Source: the human T2T-CHM13v2.0 reference genome, Homo sapiens
Length of the DNA stretch: 64,000 nt
NCBI RefSeq assembly: GCF_009914755.1
Contig: NC_060947.1
Reading direction: 5' to 3' (one strand)
Shown: positions 53,391-64,000 of the stretch, in pieces
Layout: every line of letters starts with the position of its first letter
Numbering within the stretch: the stretch's first letter is position 1
Position numbers and translations under genes: made by a program
Notes under the pieces: model-generated
The model's database searches: none
The model's input: the letters and a program-made list of their open reading frames with translations, nothing else
What the model was told of the DNA's origin: nothing

Positions 53391-53617
53391 TAGGGTTGCC
53401 AGATTTAGCAAATAGGTGCTAGGTTCAACTTGAATGTCAGATAAACAACGAATCCCTTTTTAATGTATGTCCCATGCAATATGTGTGATAAAGAATAATT
53501 TTTTTAGCATAATTATGTCTCAGGTATTGAATGGGAACACTGTTACTAATACAAGATCAGTTGTTTATCTGACATTCAAATTGAACTGGGTGTCCTGTAT
53601 CTTATTTGGCTACCCTA
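53391..53617. mobile_element. MER53 palindromic MITE
   Basis: TAGGGTTGCCAGATTTAGCAAATA ... ATTTGGCTACCCTA termini; inner inverted arms TGAATGTCAGATAAACAAC / GTTGTTTATCTGACATTCA. Confidence 0.88.
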
Positions 53618-53689
53618 CTTGAGAGATGCCAAGGTCAAGTGTCCTGGATCCCCCATGCCACCTTTCCCCACCCTGCCGAGTCATAGAAT

Positions 53690-53774
53690 GGCCTGTGTCC
53701 CAGATATGGGACTTTTTTGTTTTTTCCTAAACTCGGAACATTCCTGGGGAAACTGGGATGAGTTGGTCACCCTA
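53690..53774. mobile_element. MER81-like fragment
   Basis: GGGAAACTGGGATGAGTTGGTCACCCTA terminus. Confidence 0.7.
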
Positions 53775-54762
53775 AGCTGAAAAGATATTGGTTGAATTGA
53801 ACTTAGAGATGCTTCTAGTCCTTTGGCGACCTCTTGGGGGCCTCCAGTTGGAGCTGACACTGGATGTACCTTGGTGAATTGAGGGTCACACCAGGTCGGG
53901 GTGGGTACCCCAGAAACCATGGTCTGCCGTTTGCCATCTCCATGACACCATCTGTCACCTTGACTGTGCCGAAGAAGAATTCCAACCTTTGTCCAAATTT
54001 TCCCTTGGTTTGTTTTTTTTTTTTTTTCTCTTGAAGAACATTTGCTACTGATTTAGTTCTGTTTTAAAATTCTCAGTTGAGATGTCCTGTTTTAACCTCT
54101 GTGTAACTCTTCTTCAGTCATTTCCTTTCTTCTCAGTTCAGTATAATCTACCTCCCCCAGTTTGCTTATCAGACCAACATACCCCACAGGCCTGGACTTT
54201 GTTCTGACGTCCCTTTATATTTAATCCCAATGCTGTTTCTCTGCCAAGCAGATGTGTATTAAAATGTGCATAAGAAAAGAAGCAAGCTGGGTTTATTTAG
54301 AAATTTCCTCAATTTGCACAAATTCCATTGGTATAAGAGGGTTTTTTTTTCTATAAAAACCCACAACAAACATATGGTAATAGCTACTTAGATGGATCAA
54401 GACAAATTCGTATTTGGCCATTTCTGCCATCCCCATTCTGGCCCCTTTGCCAGAGACACAAAAACAATGGCTCATATTGTTTCAATGTCAATGTCAGAGT
54501 ATTCATAGATGGAGAAACATATGTGACACACTGAAGCTTTTTTCATGCTTGTTGAAGCTGTCTGTTCATGGGGAATGAGTGACTTGAACAGCCTTTTAAA
54601 GGCATTTTGGCCAGCTTGAAAGAGTTTTTTATTTTTTTCTTGTCAGGTATTATATCATTTATAAGGTATTAGAAAGGATAATTTCCCTCAGGTCTTTGGG
54701 TTTCATGTACGATTTTTTTTAAACTGCTTATTTTCAATATGATAAAGGCATTTAAGAAACAA

Positions 54763-55078
<316 letters not shown>

Positions 55079-56033
55079 CTAAAGACATGGCCCCTAAGCT
55101 TAAATGTACAAAGAGAGGGAGAGTGAATATTGAGATATATGTAAAAGATATTGTGAGTCCTGTTTTCTGGACTGCTTATTTTAGATCTATTAACAGATGG
55201 ACATACTTTTCGTGACCTTTTCTGACACAGGCATCAACTTCAGGGCCATTTGATCTGGATGTTTTTTTAAAAATAGGACTACTCTAGCAAGAACATGGTA
55301 GAAAGAGAGTCGCATTTATCAGGCCATCCAATCTAGGAAGGAGGGAAAGAACTGATCAGATCATGGTCAAATTCAAAGCCAGGGAAGTAGCATCAGCAGG
55401 AGTAGGATGAGAGTAGGTGGCACAGAAAAGCCACCTGCGATCCACAACCAAGCAGCATTTCCTCTGGATCTTGTTGACAACTTTTGGCTGAGTGTGGGCA
55501 GTCAGGAAGAACCAGAGGTCTGCAGGCAAATCCTCCCTGAGTCCCAGCCAGTGGTGGAAGTGCTGGACCGGATGGCAGAGCCTGAAGCTATCTCAAACCA
55601 TTCCCAAATAAGAAATACCACATGCCACTTCTAGCTTTTATTATTTCGGCCCTGAAGCAAATTAGGCATCTAAGGCCCACAGAGCAGGTGTAGCTTAACA
55701 GGAATTGCGTTGGGCAACAGCTGCCCAACACAGTTCAGGAAACTCAGGAAACCTGAGTTTCAGTCCTGTAGAAAACCACCTCTTCAACAGTCGAGGAAAT
55801 CAGCCTTTACTTGCAACAAATTATTATACATTTCTAAATGCTTTGGTGTCACTGAGTTGATGTCCCAAAGCCATCTGATATTTTTAAACCAGCTTTTTTG
55901 CTATATATGTATATGCATAGAATTGCCATGATTTATTACACTTGGATCTGTGGATAGTGAAGAATATGTCTGAAATGTGATGCAAATTCATTCAAGAGAT
56001 TTAAAGCCAGGAAACAAAGCCTTTGCTTAACTT

Positions 56034-56039
56034 TTTATT
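56034..56039 (-). terminator. ARHGAP6: ARHGAP6 polyadenylation signal AATAAA (3' UTR ~56015-57340)
   Basis: TTTATT on + reads AATAAA on -. A downstream GT-rich element (CTTTGTTTCCTGG on -) follows. It ends a ~1.3 kb AU-rich stretch with no recognisable interspersed repeat after the stop codon. Confidence 0.75.
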
Positions 56040-56198
56040 CATCATGGCACAAGATAGAACCTTAAGAAACACCACTGGGAATTTCATCACCAACATGAAA
56101 ATTAAGAGTAGCATGTTTTATAAAAAAAAAAAAAATCTTTTTTTATAATACACTTTCCCTTCAGAAGTGAAAAAAAATTGCATAAAATACTGAAGCGT

Positions 56199-56216
56199 AT
56201 CGCCATCTGCTGGTCA
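56199..56216 (-). promoter_or_regulatory. CTCF-like motif in the ARHGAP6 3' UTR
   Basis: Minus strand TGACCAGCAGATGGCGAT; CpGs retained in AT-rich context. Confidence 0.7.
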
Positions 56217-57249
56217 AAAATAGTTATGCACTTGAAAAACTTCAAACTACTAAAGTACGGTAGAACATTTTACAATACACATAAAATTACGAAAGAAAAC
56301 ATTTCCTCAGCCTTTGGCACAATGTAAGTACAAAGCTGTAGGCCTTTTACCAAATGTGATTTAGTTTTTAAGGAATTGCATGTAATTTGGCAAATACTGA
56401 TTATGGGGCAAAGGGAAAAAACATGTTCTATAATTTGAATATTCTGTGTAGATTCTTAAACACTTTATAGTTGGATTCCAGTTTGTAGTTTTGAAAAATA
56501 CATAAAAATTATACATTATAAATATATATTATATATGGCCTATATAAAACTGAATTTGATGTAACGTGGGACGGACAACTTCTTAATTTCTTTGTGAGGC
56601 ACTGCCTTTTTCTTGTTTGGTTAACTGAATCCTTTCTAAACAAGTTCTAAAAATATATTTCGTAATCTATCAGATTTAGCATTTTCCTGAAAACGTATTC
56701 AATATCTAAAAGCATTCAGTGATTTTTCTTTTTGTATCTGACTCCTATGTAAAAATATGGCTTCTCATATTCTGCTTCCTCTTGTTAGTGTTTGGTATCA
56801 AAGGAAGGGTTATCCCCAGTTATAAAGCTATGGCAAAAGCACAGAAACCCGCTTGTGCACATTCTAGAACATTCTATAGAATCTCATTGTTTAGTATATC
56901 TCATTGCTTAATATAAGTGAAGTGATTTTTTTTTTAAAAGTTCCTTTTGTTTTCTCTTTGTGAATATATCATATATGATTATACATAATCTGTTACAGAA
57001 TACACAATAGTCAAAACCGAAGACACATAAATACGGTTAGGCTATACCAAGCAAGAGTTGTATCTTATATTATAGAGCCAAGAGGGACGTTTTTAGATTG
57101 GACATTGCCATCTGGTTTGGGTTCTGTTTGTTTTTCCTAAGGCTGGCTACGCAATGGAACCTTATTCTCAATGGCGGGGGCGTGAGTGCTCTACCTCTGT
57201 AGGTGAACTGGATTTCTCTTGTGTCACTTTTGAGAAGTGTGAAAGAAGA

Positions 57250-57980
57250 ACACTAAGTGTGCCAGTGGCCACCACCCACGGTCCCCCCTGGGCTGGAGGG
57301 CGGGGGGCTCGGGGCAGGGGGGGCTCGGCTGGGTGCGGGCTCAGACCAGCGTCTCGGGCAGGGCATCGGGGTTGTCGGTCGACAGGAGCTCCCAGATCTG
57401 CCAGCGCTCTCTCTGCCAGTCGAGCCAGCCAGCGTCCCCCAGGCGCGGACTGTCCTGCTCGCCCGCTGGCAGGGAGTTGGCGCTGCTCAGTTTTTTCTGC
57501 GTGACCTGCTGCTCTCGCTCGGCTGCTTGGCCTCCCTGGTCCGTGGGTGTCTCCACGCCTTCCGGGGGCCCCTGGATCCAGGCTGCCGCTGCCGCGGGCT
57601 TCCCTGGGCCCGGGTATGGAGGCGGGGGCCGCTTGTCATCCCTCCCACTCCCATGGGGTCTTTGGCACTGAGGTGTGGCCCGGCTCTGCAGCCCGGCCAC
57701 ATCCAGCTCACTCTCGCTGAGGTCGTGGGCGCCGCTCAGGGTCAAGTACTGCTCCGACCTGGCCGTGGGCCGCTCGGCTTTCCCTGCCACCTGGACGTGG
57801 GGCGTGCTGCAGGCGCGCGACACCGCAGGGTGGGCCCTGCCCTCCGTCGCGGGGGCTGCGGCCTGAGTCCTCCGAGCCCCCTGCGTGTCGCTGTCCAGCT
57901 CTGCGGGGCTCCCCTGCCACCGAGGCCAATTTGGGGACAGGTTCCCTTGAGAAAGGGAGCAGGGCCCCGCTCTTAGGGAG
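57250..57980. promoter_or_regulatory. CpG-island-like region over the ARHGAP6 terminal exon
   Basis: High GC and dense CpG against an AT-rich background. Confidence 0.75.
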
Positions 57981-58008
57981 CTGCTTTCAAAAATGTCTCC
58001 AGAGGAAC
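57341..58008 (-). CDS. ARHGAP6: ARHGAP6 (Rho GTPase-activating protein 6) terminal coding exon
   Basis: Acceptor TTTCTCTCTGGCTTCCAG| on - (AG at 58010-58009), phase 1. Translates [24 protein letters not shown]...[11 protein letters not shown], the recognised ARHGAP6 C-terminus ending in a class I PDZ-binding-like ETLV. TGA at 57343-57341. Confidence 0.93.
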
Positions 58009-58695
58009 CTGGAAGCCAGAGAGAAAGCCCAAGAAATGGAATCAGTTTGTAGAATCCTTGCTGGGGATTCAAATCCTGTTATTTCCTTCCCACTTCTACG
58101 ACGTCCCCCCGGACTTCTAAAACTGAAACAGCACAGTATGCTCTTAGCTGCTGCTACCTGAAGAAAACAACCTTCCCAGCAAAACAAAAAAAGACAAATG
58201 CTTTTTGATTATCGGCTCAATTCATATGCCTAGACTCTGACAGGTTAGCTGAGACGTCAGACTATATTAATAATTGGCTTTGCCACCAATTTGTGTTTCA
58301 GGAAAGGGCCCCTCTACATGGCTGGGAAAACTTTTCAGAATCCAGAAGGTGAAAGAAGCATTCCCTTCTTGTTCAATGCAATCTGTAATCCAGGAGAGAT
58401 ACAAATTATAATGTTTTCATGTTTCTATTGCATCAATGAAGTTACTTGAATCTCAAGTACCCCATTCCATGCCAGAAGGCAGGCCAGCCACTATGCATAT
58501 TCTCCTACCATCAATGCAGGAAAGGCTGACTTGGTGATCACCCAATCGTTCCCCTTTACTTCCTACATGGCAGTTTCCAGCCTCTCTGGCAGTTAGGAGG
58601 GCCACAGAAATGAGGTCTGGGCAACAAATGTGGACAGATGTGATGTAAGCCATTTCTAGGCCTGAACTAAAAAAAAAAATAAAAAAAAAAATTAA

Positions 58696-58973
<278 letters not shown>

Positions 58974-60710
58974 CTACCAGCCCAGCATGAAGACTCTCTA
59001 GGCTCTGAAACTCTTGGAAGACTCCCGGGGCTCTGAGGATGGTGGAGCCACTGGATATGTGGAGCCTAGGCTGGGCCCCTTAGTGACTATGTGGAAGACA
59101 GCATTCCCTCCCCTCACACACTCCCGCCCCTCCTCACCCCTCACAGTCCACACTGTACTGGGACAGTGAGGGAGAAATCCAGTTGTAATAGGTTAAGCCA
59201 CTGCCCCATTTCGGAGTTGTTACAGCAGTTAGCTTTCCCTAAAGGATACAACTTTCTTTAGGAAACTGAAGGGAAAGAAATAACAGTGCATTTTGCAAGG
59301 CAAAGGAGGAGTCCTTGGGGCATGTGTACCCAGACTACCATTTTCCTATGAATCTGCTCTGCCCTCCACTTCTTAAAAAGCAGACAAGGAACAAGAACAA
59401 GGCCATGTTGGGGACAGGGGAGTGGGGGATGTGAGTATTTACAAAGAAACAAATGATAGCTGAAACAGGTGACAGCTGAAACTGGAAAAGGAAAATGGAG
59501 TAAGGCTCTTCACAGGATACAGTGAGATATAGTTAGAAAAGGAATCAGCACTAGAGGGCATTACATTTAAAAATGCACTGTGCTTTTAAAATGTAATATG
59601 GGAGATATTACAAAACAATGAGAAAGGGAATATAAATATAAATATAAAACAACCAAACAAATAATTTACACATTTTATACCATATATAACATGTATTCCA
59701 GATGGATTAAAAAAATTAAGGTTGAAACAATGAAATGACATTAAAAAGAAACGCATACAGATGACTGACTATCCAACGCTGAACTGAAGATTAATTTTAT
59801 GAAAGAATTCACAGAGAAGAGACAGTGATAAAATTAATTATGTAAAAAAAGAAAATGCAAGTAAGTAAACAATATGGAAAAAGAGTTAACATCTTTATTA
59901 TATAAAGAGTTCATAAGAATTTAAAAAACACTGGCATACATAAATAGGAAATGATATAAGTAACAATTCAATGGGGGGAAGTTCAGCAAATTAATAGAAA
60001 CACTGAAAAATACTGGTAGGAAAGAAATGCAAATCAAATTAACAAATGCAATTTTGTTTTTTAAGTTAGCAAAAGTGAAAACCCACTAACTTGCAATACT
60101 GATGAGATTTGCACACAGCAGTGTAAAATCTCCTGCCATCCACAGTTTACAGAATGTAAGGTAGTGGGTCCCATACAGCACAGGAGGTGACTGTACCTCC
60201 AGATTCTTGGAAAGCCTTGTTATATTTGACGCACTTCCCTGTTTGGGATTTATAACCTTTGACTTGCTTTCCAAAATTTTGTGAATCTATTAATAATTTG
60301 AAAAATTAATTACATAAAAGAGGCTCCTGAAAGTGTAACTTATTACAACAATAACAAAAAATTTCAAATGACTTAGTATTGGTTTGTAAGCTATGATTAT
60401 GCACTCTGTGGAATACCCCTGGCCCTTAAAAAGGATAATGGAGAGTAACTGGAAAATGGAAGTTAGAAAATAATACAAAGTTGCACAGACAGAGTGACTG
60501 TAACTATGAAAACCTTTGCAAAGGAAATGGAAAAAAATATAGTCAAAGATTGGCATATTTGGGTGGAAAGCCTAAGGATAGTTTCATCCCCTCCCATTTT
60601 CAGCATTTCCCAAGTAATGTTTGACAAGCATGTAATATAATGATAGTAAAGAAAACTTTAGAAAATAATTTTAAAAGTAAATGCAATAAAGTTTAAAATT
60701 AATACTTCAC

Positions 60711-60791
60711 CTGTCATTCCTGGGTCTTTGGATCCGCTTTTTAATGTTGAATGCCAAGTTCCCCAGATATCGAAAGGCTCCTCTGACAGAT
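60711..60791 (-). CDS. ARHGAP6: ARHGAP6 penultimate exon
   Basis: Boundaries TTTTTCCCTAG| and |GTGAAG on -. 81 nt, phase 1-1. Translates [27 protein letters not shown](G) and joins both neighbours in frame. Confidence 0.93.
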
Positions 60792-60989
60792 CTAGGGAAA
60801 AAGTGTATAAAAAGGTATATAACACAAAAGGAAAATTAAAAATCAATGAACATTTTAATAACATCTCTTCTGTGCAAAGTATTGTATTCAAGATCCTGTT
60901 GTATACAAAACAGAATACAATTCAGATCCACCTTTCAGCGTGTTCATTCTACTTGGGATTTACAAAAAGGCCCTTTCTATATCATGCTC

Positions 60990-61375
60990 GTGGTAGACAG
61001 AATAAGGGCCCCCCCAAAGATATCTGTGTCATAATCCCACAAATCTACAAAGATGTTATTTTCGAAAAGGGCTTTGCAGGTGTGATTAAATTATGGTTCT
61101 TGAGATGGGGAGATTTTCCTGGATTATCTGGATGGGGCCAATATAATTACAAGGGTCCTTATAAGAGAGGGGTAGGAGAGAAGATGTTGCTAGACTGTTG
61201 GCTTAAAAGATGGAGGAAGGGGCCTCGAGCCAAGGAATGCAGCAGCTTCTAGAAGCTAGAAAAGGCAAGAAAACGATTGTGCCCTAGGACGTCCAGAAGG
61301 GAAAGAGGCCCTGTGGACCCATTTTAGACTTCTCACCTCCAGAACCATAAAATAATAAGTTTGCATGTTATAGGA
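60990..61375. mobile_element. MLT1C/D-like LTR in an ARHGAP6 intron
   Basis: GTGGTAGACAGAATAAGGGCCCCCCCAAAGAT...GCCAAGGAATGCAG...CTAGAAGCTAGAAAAGGCAAG. Confidence 0.85.
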
Positions 61376-62335
61376 AATGAATAGAAGGGTGATGGGTGAC
61401 AACAGCTTTATAGGTGCTAAACACATTAACACAGAACTAGAGGAACAATAGAGTTTCTGTACTATCCTCAGGAATACTTTGCTATTGGTATCACTGGATT
61501 TCTTCATGCATGCATTCACTCATAAATCCCCTTAGCTTATCCATCAATATTTATGGAGTAAGGCACTACATTAGGCTTTTTCACCATCTCATTTAATCCT
61601 CACTACAATCCCATGATGGGATTATAATTACGATTTATAGCAGCAGACGTCTACTGGGTGCCTCCACGTGTTCAGCAGTTCACATGCGTTATCTCACTTC
61701 ATCCCTAGGAGGTTCCCAGCAGATCATTTTACAGACGATGCAACTAGCGTAAGGAGCAGGTAAGAAATGCACACAAGATTACACAGCAAGTATTATCGAG
61801 TGCGTATTACATTTGAAGTGCTGCGTTGAGGGCTTTACATGGATTAGTTCATTAAACTCAATGAATTAAATACTGTTATCATTCTGAGTTTTCACAGCAG
61901 GAGGAAATGGGACTCTGGGAAGCTCAATCGCTCACTGGAGATCCTGCAGGTTGAAAGTGGCAGAGCAGGTTTGTGACTCCCAGTATAGTGCTCTCTTGTC
62001 ATTGGATACTAACACTATTTGGTTCTGGAAGGTTGTCTTCATACATATAGTAGGTTCAGCTTGTTTTCTTTAGAAATGTAACAGCAGTAATTGGGTGGCA
62101 CCTCAGACTAGCAAATATGCAACCCAAATCCAGTATACATAAAGTTCCTAGGATGCTGGAGGGAAAAAGAATCAGCTGGGAATAGGAGTGGCTCCTCTGG
62201 GCATGCGTTTATTTCCCAGATATCTGAGACTTGGAGTGTGGCCTGCAGGGACCCTCCCAGCCAACGACTGGGCTCGCCATACCTTCCTCTTCCTAGAGTA
62301 GGCGTTCAGCAGGTACTCGGTAAATGCAGGTTGAA

Positions 62336-62457
62336 TTACAGAAACATCAAATAAGGGAGAGACGAAGAGAAGGTCCGAAGAGCCCCACACCATGCCACAT
62401 GCAACAAGAGGAGGGTCGCTTGTTTTGGCCAGCGCCTGCTGGCCAGGCTCCAGTTAC
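62336..62457 (-). CDS. ARHGAP6: ARHGAP6 alternative C-terminus from read-through of the 62457 donor ([10 protein letters not shown]...LPYLMFL*)
   Basis: The frame stays open for 40 codons to TAA at 62338-62336. It matches my recollection of an annotated short ARHGAP6 isoform, which I cannot verify here. Confidence 0.6.
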
Positions 62458-62726
62458 CTTTCCCAAGCCTTGGTCCAGGAGAACTTTCCCTTGACTTTGA
62501 CGACGACAAGTGGCCCACCAGCATAAACTGCCCTGGCACTCTGTAAAGCTTCTCCGAGCCCCCCGGGGCCGCGTCCTCTTGCATAGCCAGCAGGGAGCGC
62601 TCAGACAGCACTGGGGAGTTGTTGTCATAAGGGGAGATGTCTCCGCTGGAGGCCTTGTTGGAGTCTGTAGATGAATGCCTCCCTCCCACGGAAAAGGAAA
62701 CTTCCGACTGCAGCATGTCAGGGCTT
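62458..62726 (-). CDS. ARHGAP6: ARHGAP6 third-from-last exon
   Basis: Boundaries TTGTGCCAG| and AAG|GTAACT on -. 269 nt. Translates [51 protein letters not shown]...SSPGPRLGK. Upstream exons, including the RhoGAP domain, lie outside the window. Confidence 0.92.
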
Positions 62727-62908
62727 CTGGCACAATGAGACAATTACAGGTGCGTGAGTTTGTTAACAAGTAGTGACCAGATTTAAACAATATGGCTATT
62801 ACACAAATGACTGGAGGAGTATGCGTGGACACGGGCTGAAACAAAAAGACCATTTTGAGCAATGTTCCAAGACATGTACATCCATGACGTGAAAGGGTTT
62901 CAACGATA

Positions 62909-62927
62909 TGACCAGCAGAGGGCAGTA
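62909..62927 (+). promoter_or_regulatory. CTCF-like motif in an ARHGAP6 intron
   Basis: Plus strand TGACCAGCAGAGGGCAGTA, a near-consensus CTCF site. Confidence 0.7.
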
Positions 62928-64000
62928 AAACCCAACAGATATAACAGGAAAAGGCAATGATGGAGAAGGCACGGTGAGAATGAAACCGACAAGGAGCCCT
63001 GCATTTGCCAATGGGCATCGCTAAGTGCCTCAGGGACTCATTCCTGCTTCCATTTTTAAGTGAAAGTCTGATGCTCACTATCTATTAGGTAAGGATACAC
63101 TAGTAGATAACTCTTTCACTTTCCTCAATATCCTGCATTAAAAATAATTCAGATAAAACTATGGTTGACACTTTGCTTGAAGTTCATTATGGCTTTCTGG
63201 ACAACTTTTCCATCCCACCAAAATACTTACTGTACTTAGTGTAAATAAATCCATCCTTCATGTGATAAAGATGTTGATGCCACCGGTGGGAATAAGTGTT
63301 TCATGTATAAAGTAGTGACAAAAACAATAAATATATGACCCTCACTAGACTCCATTTTATTCAAATACATCTAAAATGATTCTACAAGGCACTAGTGCTT
63401 TTACAAACTGATATGATGTACTAATTAGTATACCATTATCATAGTTCTGTGTTCATGAGTTGTCACAGAAACAGAAATAACAGTGAAAATGTATGTGGAA
63501 CAGAAAAATGAGAACTTGAGCAACGTGAAAAGAGCATGGGAAGTCTTACCTGGAAACATCTTTCTTTTCTACCCTCCTCAAAACTGGCCCTGACAACATC
63601 TTGAAGGGAAACAATCACAGATTGATTAAAAGTTCCAGAACCTACATCTTTTCCCCCTTACTTCACTTCTCTTTACTAGTCTTTGCTCTCTTTTGGCTTA
63701 ATTTTTCAAAACAAATCCTTTTTATTTCTTAAAGAAGGTAAACACATGCCTGAACAACACTTTCCTAACCAAATGGTTTTGTGCATGCAAACTGGAGGAA
63801 GTGCATTCACAGGGATCTAGCTTCCTCTGAGGTTTCCAGCAGGGGTTAATATCGCCGGGAAAAACATCCCAGCTTCTGTGATACTGCCACAGCCGTAACT
63901 GAGGCAAACACGGGCCTGAACCCTTTTGCTGAGGACATTTCCTACCAACATGGAATAAAGAAGCCCCTTCCTTGCCTCCTCTTTGAACTCTCATCACGTA

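Noticed and set aside
57257-57976. 239-aa plus-strand ORF antisense to the ARHGAP6 last exon
   Set aside because: Shadow ORF of GC-rich coding sequence with a non-ATG start and no independent support.
60728-61252. 174-aa plus-strand ORF
   Set aside because: Runs from antisense exon sequence into an MLT1 LTR; no coding hallmarks.
62347-63078. 243-aa minus-strand ORF overlapping the ARHGAP6 exon in another frame
   Set aside because: Non-ATG start in an intron; out of phase with the spliced ARHGAP6 frame.

Overview
This is mammalian DNA, recognisably human Xp22.2 (the microphthalmia with linear skin defects region), with no prokaryotic content. The window holds the complete HCCS gene (holocytochrome c synthase) on the + strand: a CpG-island promoter with non-coding exon 1 near 29.8-30.0 kb, six coding exons from 30539 to 40288 that splice to 807 nt (268 aa plus stop), and a polyA signal at 41533. 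It also holds the last three exons and 3' UTR of ARHGAP6 on the - strand, convergent with HCCS. The rest is repeat-rich (Alu, L1, L2, MIR, MaLR/ERVL LTRs, hAT transposons). Repeat subfamily names come from remembered consensus sequences and their boundaries are approximate. The most unusual element is a ~1.9 kb strand-asymmetric degenerate tandem array (core GAATTGTGGGAGA, with higher-order structure) about 0.9 kb upstream of the HCCS promoter. Other notable signals are a divergent CTCF motif pair around the ARHGAP6 3' end, a 5' (GGC)8 tract among alternative donors, a retroposed Y3 RNA in HCCS intron 3, a G-tract-rich L1 just past the HCCS polyA site, two twin-primed L1s, a MER53 hairpin with a miR-1302-like arm, and candidate exons of a divergent lncRNA. 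I cannot demonstrate a new biological system from sequence alone; the findings are hypotheses to test.
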